Shown here piece by piece: positions 12,578-24,180 of a stretch of 64,000 bases of DNA (position 1 is its first letter; each line of letters starts with the position of its first letter). Under the pieces are notes generated by a model. That model searched no databases. It was not told where the DNA came from and worked only from the letters and a program-made list of their open reading frames with translations. Both the position numbers and the translations under genes were made by a program. This DNA comes from Octopus sinensis (lineage: Eukaryota), in the NCBI RefSeq assembly GCF_006345805.1, contig NC_043011.1, positions 47,752,464 through 47,816,463 on the forward strand. Direction: 5' to 3'.

Positions 12578-12859
12578 TCCTCTTCACACTTCTCAACGTA
12601 AACATAACGATGTAAGAAATTTGAAAAGCTGAACGCGAAACCGGTCATTACTTCAAAAACTATGTCATTGTATGAAAATAATTTATAACATTCTTCAGAC
12701 ATAATGAGTCAAATATATATATTTTTAACCTTTTAAAACAAGCCTTGTGTAGTTTTTTCACTTTTTACTATTTTCTATATATATATATATAATTCTCCAT
12801 CATCTGAAATTATATGAACTATTAGTAGATGGAAATTCCCTCAAGGAGTTTTAAAAATC

Positions 12860-13321
12860 TAAACCTCTAAATCAAGTGCCTGGAGGAGATACTGCTGCTC
12901 TGGGTCAAGAGGGTAGCTGCTGGATGATCCTATGTCTGGCAACAGGACTCTGCACCACCATGCTGTACAAGCAGGAGAGCCCAGTCATGGCTGTCAGACA
13001 ATTTCTGCGACCACATCACCCCTAACATCTGGCCTCCTAACTCCCCAGACTGCAACCCCTTGATTATATATGTGGCATGCTGTTGAACGAGAGACAAACA
13101 AAACTCCTTGTAACATCGAAGATTAACTGAAGGTAAGCATTATTGCTGAATTCACCAACTTAACCAAGGAGACTGTCCAGAAAAGTTGCAAGTGATTCCG
13201 AAGTGGTCTGGAGGCTGTGACTGAGGCCAATGGGGATTTAATTGAATAAATTTATTCTTTAGCATTTTAATATCAGTATTATTTTCATTTTTGCCTAAAA
13301 TATATTCATGGCGCCCTGTAC
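12860..13321 (+). mobile_element. Decayed Tc1/mariner-superfamily (maT/DD37D-like) transposase 3' part
   Basis: Reads YVWQQDSAP...SWLSDNFCDHITPNIWPPNSPDCNPL with frameshifts and stops; ends GGCGCCCTG|TA. Confidence 0.7.
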
Positions 13322-13331
13322 ACAGACAGAG

Positions 13332-13332
<1 letters not shown>

Positions 13333-13420
<88 letters not shown>
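13333..13420. repeat. (GATA)n microsatellite (also 13725-13808 and 62215-62334)
   Basis: Direct reading. Confidence 0.95.
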
Positions 13421-13421
<1 letters not shown>

Positions 13422-13424
13422 GAT

Positions 13425-13678
13425 AAACCTCCTTCCCAATCATATAGACTCATGAGGCTAGTTTTCCCATTTCTGTGACGTACATATCCCCCACCCTTGA
13501 TGGGACACGCCGATCTGCTGGAGGAATACTCATTTTTTGTAAGCCAAGTGGACTGGGGCAACATGAAATGGAGCGTTTTGCTCAAGAACACAATGTATCG
13601 CCTAGTACAGCAATCAAAAGCACAACTCTACAATCAAAAGCCCAACACCCTAACCACCAAGCCATACCACTCCACCAT
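13425..13678 (-). mobile_element. SINE family C (tRNA head + Nin-like core)
   Basis: Reverse complement of TTGTGTTCTTGAGCAAAAC...CATTTCATGTTGCCCCAGTCCAC core. Confidence 0.75.
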
Positions 13679-13723
13679 AAATAAATAAATAAATATAGGT
13701 AGGTAGGTAGGTAGGAAGGTAGG

Positions 13724-13800
<77 letters not shown>

Positions 13801-14426
13801 GATAGATGCACGCACACATTAAGCACATATGTTGGTGTAAAGATTCTATAATGATGTGCATTACAACAGCTTTTGAAGAAAATCTAGTCTTTTTGTTTGC
13901 AAGTTATTTAGTTTTCTATTCTTTGTAATTTTCCCAGATAAAATATAAATTGTCTGTCAGCAATTTGTCAGTTTTGTCAAAAAGGTTGTGTATGACAATA
14001 AGACCATTAACATTTTATAGTTCACTATATAACTTATTTCATCATAACGTAGTCGAAAGAAGAGAGCTGATTCTGCGAATACAATATACGGAGAAAAAAT
14101 TTGATATGTCTGAGAAGAAGCGAGAGAAGCTATTTTATAGCAGAATGAAGAACAAAGAAAGAAGACTACGAGGACGTTTTAGAAACATATGGAAACTCAG
14201 TAAAGAGGTGTCTGGATTTGTTTGTTTGAGAGAGAGAAAGAAAGAGAGAGAGAGATACGTTATTGTTTGTGTACAATGTCTCCTGTGGTGCCACTCAGAG
14301 TTTAGTATTTCAAATGCGTTTCAAATGTATAGTTAGGTATCTTTTTGACTGATGGAATATTTATCGTGGGAAATAGTAGTCAAAAGTAATCAAAATATTA
14401 AAGAATATATGTGTGTGTGTGTGTGT

Positions 14427-14750
14427 GAAGGTGGGTGGCTTAGTGGTTAGAGCTTTCGGCTCGCGATTGCAAAGTCCGTGAGTTCGATTCCCGGCGACGC
14501 GTTGTGTCCTTGAGTAAGACACTTTATTTCACGTTGCTCCAGTCCACTCAGCTGGCAAAAATTACTAGTACCTGTATTTCAAAGGGCCGGCCTTGTCACA
14601 CTCTGTGTCACGCTGAATCTCCCTGAGAACTACATCAAGGGTACACGTGTCTGTGCATTGCTCAGTCACTTGCACGTTAATTCCACGAGCAGGCTGTTCC
14701 GTTGATGGTATCAGCTGGGACTCTCGTCGTCGTAACTAACGTAGTGCTCC
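14427..14750 (+). mobile_element. SINE family C variant
   Basis: TGGCTTAGTGGTTAG A-box, GAGTTCGATTCC B-box, GTTGCTCCAGTCCACTCAGCTG core. Confidence 0.8.
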
Positions 14751-14751
14751 T

Positions 14752-14790
<39 letters not shown>

Positions 14791-14794
<4 letters not shown>

Positions 14795-15789
14795 CGTTTT
14801 CGTTTCTCGTTGAGTTCTACGTCTATTTGTGGTGTCCTCTACTCACGTATATATATTTATATATGCATGTATATATACATGTAGGTACGTACATATATGT
14901 ATGTATGTATGCATATATTTTATTTATTACACTATTGTATGACTGAGCGCCCTCGTTTCGTTTCGTTTCCTCAAAGTAAGTTTTTATATATAATTATGAC
15001 GCGAAACTCTATAACCCTTTGCTTGACCCTCCCTTCCTTCCTTGTCTTCCTCTATCTCTATCTCTCTCTCACTCCTCCTCATCTCTCCCACAGCCGCTTG
15101 TCTTCCTCTATCTCTCTCTCTCTCTCTCACCCCTGCTCATCTCTCTCACAGTCGGGCGACTACTTCCTTTCGCTTGCGGCCTCCTAACAGTGAACACGCT
15201 TTCTTCCTGCGCTCTTAAGAATCTTTCCTCGTCTAGGCCGAAAAAGGCCCTCATTGTTTGTTTTCTTGTTTGTTTTTATTTCTTGTACTGTATTTTTTTG
15301 TAATTGTATTTTTATTTTGTATTTTATTTTGTAATTTTATTTGTATCGTTTTTACGTCCTGTTTTTGTCACATTTTTTTTCTTTCCCTGTTTTTACCCCT
15401 CTGCAAAGGAACTTTATTTAATTCTTTCGCAGGAAGGGCTAGTTCGACGAGTCGTGTTCTGTCCTCACCTTCGAAACACGCATGGAGTCGTACTAGGGAC
15501 AGCTGATGAAGGGGAATTTTCCTTGTGTTGTTTGTCTCGTACTCTGTTTTTTCGTTGTTAAAAAAAGGTCCGTTTCTATGTTTGTTTTTACGTTTTCATT
15601 TCTCGTTGAGTTCTACGTCTATTTGTGGTGTCCTCTACTCACGTATATATATTTATATATGCATGTATATATACATGTAGATGTAGGTACGTACATATGT
15701 GTATGTATGTATGCATATATTTTATTTATTACACTATTGTATGACTGAGCGCCCTCGCGTCGTTTCGTTCGTTTCCTCCAAGTAAGTTT
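14791..15789 (+). mobile_element. Non-coding direct-repeat element (retrozyme / non-autonomous Penelope-like candidate)
   Basis: ~200-bp direct repeats 14791-14985 and 15587-15789, (TA)n on both sides, GT-AG intron candidate 14976-15432, HHR core boxes at 15473-15509. Confidence 0.7.
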
Positions 15790-15813
15790 ATATATATATA
15801 TTTATATATATAT

Positions 15814-15907
<94 letters not shown>

Positions 15908-16584
15908 TGTTGTACGTAGTTAGTACCATGGTATACATTCTATCAGACTATAACGATACCCATTTCTTTTTGAGACATTTTATGTTCAATTAGCCTTAAA
16001 TACTCTCCACACGTCAATCTTTAATTAGTCGTTTGGAACATTTGGTCGAGTACTGTGAGGGATAAGGATCTCGGATCTAATCCAGTTGCGCGCAATACAT
16101 CCTCAAACAATCTGAAGCGAACTCTTTGCTTATAAATAGTTTTGTTAAAATAATTTATGAGCAATGAGTTGAGAGATTTTCTGGAGCGCACGTCCTGATA
16201 TTTTCCTTCTGTTATAACGAAGCACGTGTAACCAAACGATGGTCAGAGTTGAATTATCCTAATGATGGATTAACTATACACCCAACAGAATTCATGATGT
16301 GTTATTTGGTCCACTGTATAATTTAGTAGAGAAATAAAGTCTCGCTGTTATCTTAAAGTTTGTTTCCTGTATTATTTCCATAAGTTAACACGCCACACAT
16401 TATATAATCGTATGCAACATTGCGTAGTAAACCACGAGAGACTTTATAACCACCCCAGCTAAAATGTCTGTATTGCCTGGATATATGTTTACAATGCTTA
16501 ACTCTGAGTAGCACCATGGGATGTATCAAGCGTAAATAGTAAACGTGTGCGTCATTCCCAGTGCAGCAGATTTATGATCTAAGG

Positions 16585-17302
16585 GAGTGGTTCTCAAACA
16601 TTTTAAAATTTATTTATGGGCCCCATCGGTTACTGTTTAACTCTGTTGGAACCCGGTAGCCATTCGATGTTTAAAAACTAGTTTTATAGAGGTCTCTTTC
16701 AAAATTCCCATGTTGTTTATTACACACTAGCAGTATCGCCCGGCGTTGCTCGGGTTTGTAAGGGAAATAACTATATAAGCATTTTTAAAGAGTTACTTCC
16801 CTTATATAATAGCAAAAAAAGGCATTAAAAGTGGAAAAATGATGGTAAATTTTTTTTTTAATCGTACACTCATCGTAGACATTTTTAGAGAGTTACTTCC
16901 CTTATTAATAGCAAAAAAATGCATTAAAATGGAAACAAATGATGGTAATTTTTTTTTTAATCGTAGACTCATCGTAGACGCGCGCTAATACCCAGAAGGG
17001 CTCGATATGAATCACGACTATAAGATACCCGCTTTTGGTTAAACTGCACCGCAAAATGTGGGAGTAGTTAGGAATCTAAATCGTAGGAGACAGACACAAC
17101 ACAACTTTTCTTTTATATATATAGATTTACCTGTGTAGACGGAACTTTGTAAAAGGTCAGAGAAAGAAATCAAACCGTGTCTTGTAATAAATACATCTAA
17201 ATTAAGACCGTTTCATGGACCCATACAACATTATTGCGGGCCCAGTTTGCTATTTTGGTTGTGTGGACATGCTCTTATATGGAGCCCGGTTTAGAACCAC
17301 TG
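16585..17302. mobile_element. hAT-type MITE interrupted by a Helitron
   Basis: AGTGGTTCTCAA...TTAGAACCACTG TIRs; homologous to 47116-47858. Confidence 0.7.
16727..17125 (-). mobile_element. Non-autonomous Helitron (399 bp) with internal ~100-bp tandem duplication
   Basis: Minus strand A|TCTATATAT...CCCGAGCAACGCCGGG hairpin...CTAG|T; no TSD. Confidence 0.85.
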
Positions 17303-17733
17303 ATTTAGGTATTGCTACCACAGCCATTCTCTTATTTCTACAAAGAATGATGTGAGGGAGATTTGGGGTGTTATCGCTAACAGGTTGAGTGACCGCAAAA
17401 AGGTTTCCTTTTTCACTGGATATAGTTTAGAAGAAATATCCACTCGATATACAAAAGATTGTAGCAACAAAACGGGGACTATTTTAGTCTGTCAGAGTTA
17501 AAAAGCAAGTGAATAACCATAAGGGAGTGAACAATGAATCGTTTATTTTGGAGATTAATGCCTAAACTTATTTCCATAGATTTCGTTAATGGATTTGGTT
17601 TGCAAGATTCTTTATTTGAGTTCGTGTGTTGAAGCATATTCTGTTGTGTCTGGGGAGAGTCATTTTCTTTTTGTGCCTTATAATGTAACACACTCACCGG
17701 TAAAATTTCCACTTATTTCTTATTTTTATTTTC

Positions 17734-17770
17734 CTAAAATTTTCGTTGCGTCTTGCAACCTTTTCAATAG
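17734..17770 (-). ncRNA. Minimal hammerhead-like motif, U3-A8 variant
   Basis: CTA-TTGAAAA-G-GTTGC AAGAC GCAAC-GAAA ATTT-TAG: 5-bp stem II, palindromic AATT stem III, 3-bp stem I. Confidence 0.5.
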
Positions 17771-19072
17771 TCTTTCCATGGAGATTTCACAAAATTTTGT
17801 CAATAACTCGTTTGATATTTGAATGTGAAGAAAATTTCCTCCGTCGCGTGAGGATTACCCCTTCCCTCAATTAGCCAAAACCCCACATTTTGAGATAGGG
17901 ATATAGTTGAATCAGTCGAGGACAATATTTAACTAGTTTATTTAATCCACGCAGAAAGGATAAATGGTAAGGTAAATCCCAGTACGATTTGAACCCGGAA
18001 CGTCAAGAAACGTAGTTACGCAGTATTTGATTTGTACTTTTTTTATCTGCTTTACACATCCGTATAATGGTGATAATAGTGATTTGTAACAGAGGTACGA
18101 GATCAGAGATTTGGGAGCGGGGTATAATCAAACAAATCGATATCAGTACGTGATTGGTATTTATTTTAACAGGTCAAGCGACTACGTAGAAGCTATTGCG
18201 TCGGCATTGTTTGTTGTTATTGTTGTTCCAAGTGCATTTCCTTCCATTTACAGAAACTTCAAAACGTGTAAGACAACTCGAAAACACCAGAGATAAATAT
18301 AGTTAAACGTTAATCAATAAAGTCTTTAACACAGCCAGGAAACGTTTAGGCCTGTTTAAAAAAAAAATTATCTAAAAATAGTGGAAGGTGAATTTTTATA
18401 CGCATCAGAAAACGATTGAAAAATTATTTATTTCTACATAAAACCCAGTTGATTATTGATGTGTAAATGACTGAAATACCTTATTTAGGAAAGAAAAAAT
18501 AAAATAAATGTTGTTTTGGTTAACCTTAATTATAAAATTTTTACTACAGATTCTACTAAAAAGAAAATTACAAGTAAATTTGTTATGGACAGGAATGGTT
18601 GTAATGTTTTCAGTAGTGAATTCACTTAAAAATTAACAATTACCATACTTGAAAAAAATAATTCAAAATAAAAAGTGAAACGAGTTTTAGCCAAACGAAT
18701 GAAAAATAGGTTTGTTGTAATTAAATGAACAACTGCTTTAAAATTCATTTAGGTTTGTTGATTCTTCTTCTTCCAAATAAGCGGTGAGAAAATTTTTTTC
18801 CTCTCTTTGTTAACAAATTAAGACAAACAGTCTACGTATATTATTAAAATCAACACATTTACAACAAACCTGTAAATAAGTTATTGCACAAGATATTATT
18901 TGTAGATTTCCTCATACAGGAAAAAAAGAAAATGTCTTGGAAGCAGGGTCGTGGCTGAAGATGTTGAGTGAACTAAACGAATACAAATGAATAGAAGTCG
19001 AACAAACGACGAAGACAGACTTCTAGAAATAACAGCCAAATATCCTCAAATTACATCCATTGACATTGAACA

Positions 19073-20213
19073 ATTGTTTTATTACTACCCACAAAGGGCG
19101 AACACAGAGGGGACAATACAACCTCTGTGCCTCCCCGATCAGACCATCCGCGACACGCGCCAATCTTTTCGATAACACTTTGGCCAAAATCTTCAACTCT
19201 GTGTTTAGCAGAGTGATGGGCCTGAAATTATCAATGCACTCCCCCTTGTTCGGGTCCTTTCTGACAAGCGTCACTACTCCCCCGCGCACAGATCTGGGAA
19301 TGAACCCGTTCTGCTGCCAATTCGCGTAGACCTCCGTCAGTAGGTGCCCGAACAAGTCTGACATACTCTTATATAACTCATAGGGTAGACCATCCAAACC
19401 TGGCGCCTTGCCCGCGCCGCAGTCCGCCATCGCCTCCGCCACTTCCTCAGGCGTGATTGACCCTTCACAGCCCTCCGCATCTCGCCCCGATAGGCGCGGC
19501 AGCCCGTCGAGGAGGTCCGTAAAGACCCTCCTTCTATCCAGTCCGCCGCCCCCACCGAAAAGCTGAGCGAAGTGCTCCTGAAAGGCCTCACACATCTCCT
19601 CGGGTTCGTTTATCAACTTACCTTGTTGGTTTGTCAAAGATCGAATCGTGGCATCATTACCACGCTGAGCTTCCACCACTCGGGCCCATCTCACGGCGTT
19701 GATTCCCTCACAACCCATTGCGCGGATCCTAGCCCTGACAATGCAGCCCATGTGTTTGGCCTCGAGGTGCTGGTTTAACGCCAGTCTCTTGGCCTTCACA
19801 TGATCCGCAGAGCCAGTTCTCATGGCTTCCTCTAATTCCTTAGCTAAAGTTGAATCCCTCCTAGCCTCTCTAGCCACTAATCCTATGCTATATCTAATAG
19901 ACTCGAATTTGATGGCTCGCTTGAGGGTATACCACCATTTGTTATTAATGATGGCACCATATAGCGCCCTCTGAATTATAGTCCTAATCCGGTCTCTGTA
20001 CTCCTTAATCGCCAAAAAGGACGTATTAAGTTTCCAATAACCGGAGCCTCTATTATTAACCTTATCTATGTCAAGCTTACAGGGCACCATTTTATGATCA
20101 CTGTAGCTGACCGGGTAAAACTGTGGACACTTAGCTATTTCTCTGTCTACTTTTCTAATTAGTATTCTATCTATGTATGACCTGGAAGATCCGTCGCTGC
20201 TTGACCATGTCCA
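19073..20213 (-). mobile_element. Tx1/L1-clade LINE fragment (endonuclease end, linker, RT start) joined to a 52-bp 3' tail
   Basis: Open frame WTWS...SRSYIDRIL...SYSDHKMV...GYWKLN...KAPGLDGLPYELY...NFRPITLLNTELKILAK...GEAQ. Confidence 0.9.
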
Positions 20214-21392
20214 TAAAAGCCCTTAATGGTGTCTTTGTAACAGCTTTCTCATAGTTTGTAGATCTGAGTAGCATTTCCATGACTAGCACGAATAAGATTA
20301 CTGATATCGTGCATCCGGCTGCAATCCCTATTTCAAGCCGTTGCCACTCCGTTGTGAACTTTCCTGCTGTAAATCTCATCCTCAGGTTGTCGTAGTACGA
20401 CATGAGCATTCGTTGAACATCTTTTGGAATCCAAAAGAAGTCCATCGCTGTTTTTATTATTGCGTGCGGAACAGATCCATAAGCATTGACAAGATCTAGC
20501 CAAACAATATACAGGTTTTTCTTCATTTGTTTTGCACAGGTGATGGCTTCCCAGATGGAAAATGCGTTTTCAATGCACCCAGTGATTCCTGCTTTTTGGA
20601 TTGCTTCATTAACGTACCCGTTATTCTGTACGAATCTCATGATTCGTCTAGCAATTATTCCAAACATAATTTTCCCGTCTGTATTTAGTAGTGAAATTAG
20701 TCTAAATTGGCCCAGTGTTTTTGCCTCTTTTTCTTTAGGTAGATAGATACCTTCGGCTATACACCATCGCTCCGCTACATCTTTCTTCTTCCACATTTCT
20801 CTTATCAGTGCAAACAGCTGCAAGCGTAATTTCGGCCAATATTTATATACCTTGTAGCTCACTCCATCGTTCCCTGGTACACTTTTCGCTCTTGGTTTCC
20901 TTATGAACTCATCCATTTCTTTCCGTTTGATGTCACTCAAATCAAATGGTACTCTTGGTTCAGGTGGTTTCTTCAGTCCGTGCATTTCTGGGAGTACTTC
21001 ATTTCTGTCAGAGTCGCTGTATGTCTCTTTCAGATGTTGTTCGAGCTCTTCTTTCGTGCAATCCAATTTTCCGCTTTTACTTTCAGTAAATAGATGTTTC
21101 GCATATTGATAGGGATTGTTCACAAAGCTACGATGGGTTATTTTCTCTCTCCTTTCTTCTGCTCCTCCTTCTTTGTTTTCTTAGCAGATCTCGATGCCTC
21201 TTTTTTTATCTCTTCATACAGCTGCTTTAGCCCTTCTCTTTCCTCCTCCTTTGCATCCCTCCATCTGGTTCTCTGAGTTTTTTCTTCTCTTCTCGAATCT
21301 TTGCGATCCGTCTTTCTCTCCTCGATGGTCCGCTCTTTGCTGTTGATTCTACCTTCCCTGTTGTTTCCAGTCCAAATCTTTTCTCTCCTTCC
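20209..21392 (-). mobile_element. HERO-clade (R2-group) LINE reverse transcriptase fragment
   Basis: PGNDGVSYKVYK, QFRLISLLN, QKAG..GC, WLDLVNAYGSVPH, WQRLEIGIAAGCTIS, ends at RAFMD. Confidence 0.85.
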
Positions 21393-22219
21393 ATATCAAA
21401 CAGATGATTGTAAAATATGACTTTTCATCAATCTTAATTACATACGGCTCAATTCAGCAGGTCTACAACATTCAGTGAATGTAGAATGATTAGAGAAACA
21501 GGTAAAGAGAAAATCTATATACTACGTGTTCTTGCTACAAGTATAGAAACATCACCTGTCTGTTCTGAACTCACTCCAAACATAAGTTACGTTAGTGTTC
21601 ATATGTGATATTACTTGTCCGAAAGGTTTGTTTAAAACCTTTAATTTGTCTGGTAAAATATAATTTAATAAAACAACGAACGCCTGCCGGGGAAATGTCT
21701 TGTTTTCTTTAAAAAAAAAATACTGTTTTATAAGATTATTAAGCAATTTCAGGAATGCCCAATAATGGTAACCAACAAATAATGCTAAACTTTTTCAACT
21801 AAAACCAATAAAAATAAATGGTTCTTGTTCATCGGCTGCTGAAATAAACAACAGTATACTTGGCAAGTACGACCAGAGGCTTCTATTAAAATCATTTCTG
21901 TCGTTGTAGTTTCAGTTTCATTATCTCGATGATCATCAATACAGCCGACCAAAGTAATCACCGACAGGTTTGCTTCCATTGCATAATCAAATCAATCCTA
22001 CAAACCGGGGAAATTTACTTGGTAAATTTTGAAAAAAAATTGCTAAAAATGAATAAATAAATAAAACAAGAAGATTGAATACGAACTGAAATTTGATCGT
22101 ATCTTAGCTTTGAGAACAACTCAAATAGAAACTAGGAGCCCCATGATTTCAGCCGAATTCTTTATAGTTATTCCAACTCATTCAAGTAATGATAAGAATA
22201 TATATATACAGTCAATATA

Positions 22220-22444
22220 AGGCGGCGAGCTGGCAGAAACGTTAGCTAGAAATGTCTAGCGGTATTTCGTCTGCGGCTACGTTCTGAGTTCAAATTCCGC
22301 CGAGGTCGACTTTGCCTTTCATCCTTTCGGGGTCGATTAAATAAGTATCAGTTACGCACTGGGGTCGATGTAATCGACTTAATCCCTTTGTCTGTCCTTG
22401 TTTGTCCCCTCTGTGTTTAGCCCCTTGTGGATAGTAAAGAAATA
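22220..22444 (+). mobile_element. SINE family B with TSD
   Basis: Full head-core-tail; flanked by ATATA(T/G)ACAGTCAATAT duplication. Confidence 0.9.
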
Positions 22445-23249
22445 TATAGACAGTCAATATTGGAGGCAAAGCTCAAATGAAATCGGTCGTTTCATTTCTC
22501 TTTCGGGCTAAACGTCGTCCAGATCTTGTACACAATCATACAATTTATCAAATTTACGGTAAGCAGCAAATTTATTGTTAACAGACAGGCAAGATGACAA
22601 GTTACTAACAAAAAATTATGGTAGAGATGGGAAACGAAGCTTCATTTGACATCCTCTGTTATAATATTGTGCAGAAGGGAACAAAACTATTTTGTCTCAG
22701 AACTCCAGTTTCCATGAGATAAAAAAAAAATCCTTAGAAAATTTGGAGGGTAATTAGGGACAGTACACCATCTCAATCGATAGTTCAAATCCATTATCGA
22801 TATATGTATTTTGAGGCCTCGTATGAAATAAATCGCTTCTTTCTGCCAATGCTTTGATCAAGCAAATTACAAAGTATGTTCTACGTTCGAGAAGGATATC
22901 TGAAATCCATTTCATTGAGGAAAAGTATGCCTGTGACACTGAAATGAATTTGCTGGCAACTTGGCTTCTGGCATTTGAAGTTTCTATGAGAAGCACCTCT
23001 CATTATGGTTTGGTGAACATTATAAAGCAACTGAATAGAAAAAAAAAACATTAAGTGACAAACTTCTATCTAATAGAGATTGTTTTTTTACAATTTGCCA
23101 ATGCGGTTGTCTGGCAAAAAGCTTGCTTCCCAACCATATGCTTCTGCGTTCAACTGAGTCTTTTGCTATATAGCTAAGAGCTGATGAAAACCTTATGAGT
23201 GGATTTGGTTGATGGGAACTGAAAGAAGCCAATCATATATATATCTTTT

Positions 23250-23490
23250 TTTGCACCCTTTTAAAACCTAGCCAGGCTCATGGGCCCGGTTTCAATGGCG
23301 TATGTGTTCCACAGCTGGACGGGACGCCAATCTATCGTAGTGTTACTCAATTTTGCCAGTTGAGTGGACTGGGGCAACGTGAAATGAAGTGTTTTGCTTA
23401 AGGACACAACGCGTCGCTCGGTCCAGGAATCGAAACCACAATGTTACGATCATGATGCTGACACCCTAACCACTAAGCCACGCGCCTCAA
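23250..23490 (-). mobile_element. SINE family C
   Basis: Reverse complement of the 38311 and 47920 copies. Confidence 0.85.
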
Positions 23491-23532
23491 CACACGCACA
23501 CACACACACACCACACACACACACACACACAC

Positions 23533-23587
<55 letters not shown>

Positions 23588-24049
23588 TATATATGCATGT
23601 GTTTGTCCTCCAGCACCACTTGAGGACTGATACTGGTTTGTTTACATCCCCGTAACTGCCTGATAGAATAGCTGCTTTAAAAAGATTCGCACTGGGATCT
23701 ATTCATTTAACTAAAAACGCCTCTCTGTGGATTCCAAAATGATCGCAGTCCAATGACTAAAACAAGATAGATAATATGCCACAGCTAAAAGAACAACAAT
23801 TGGCCAACGACTAGAGTTACACCTTCAGTCACAAATGATACGTGAGAGATTAAATTCTCTGACTATATTTCCCATATTACAAAGAATTGACAAGCGAAGG
23901 GAATATGAGCAATTACTTTGGAATTTGCTTTCCAAAATGAGAACCATCAAAAGAATTTTGATAGAATCTGACAGGTCCGATAAAAAATTGTGTTGAATTT
24001 AATAAAGTGTTCTAATTAGAATTGCTTACCTCTCTTAGAATGGCATCAT

Positions 24050-24180
24050 ATTGTTTTATTACTACCCACAAAGGGCGAACACAGAGGGGACAATACAACC
24101 TGATGTGGGGTCAGATTCACGGATGGGGTTACAGAAAAGATGAGTTTAAAAATTCACAAAATACAAAAATATAAAATCGG
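24050..24180 (-). mobile_element. Severely 5'-truncated LINE 3' end (probably Tx1)
   Basis: 24050-24101 identical to 19073-19124. Confidence 0.65.

Larger units (their letters stand above)
12159..12782 (-). mobile_element. 5'-truncated Penelope-like element with inverted pLTR
   Basis: ~200-bp inverted arms 12194-12396 and 12580-12782; GIY-YIG C-terminus in the spacer; HHR in each arm; (TA)n on both sides. Confidence 0.85.

Noticed and set aside
21785-21979. 64-aa ORF in unique CpG-rich DNA
   Set aside because: No recognisable domain or convincing splice signals
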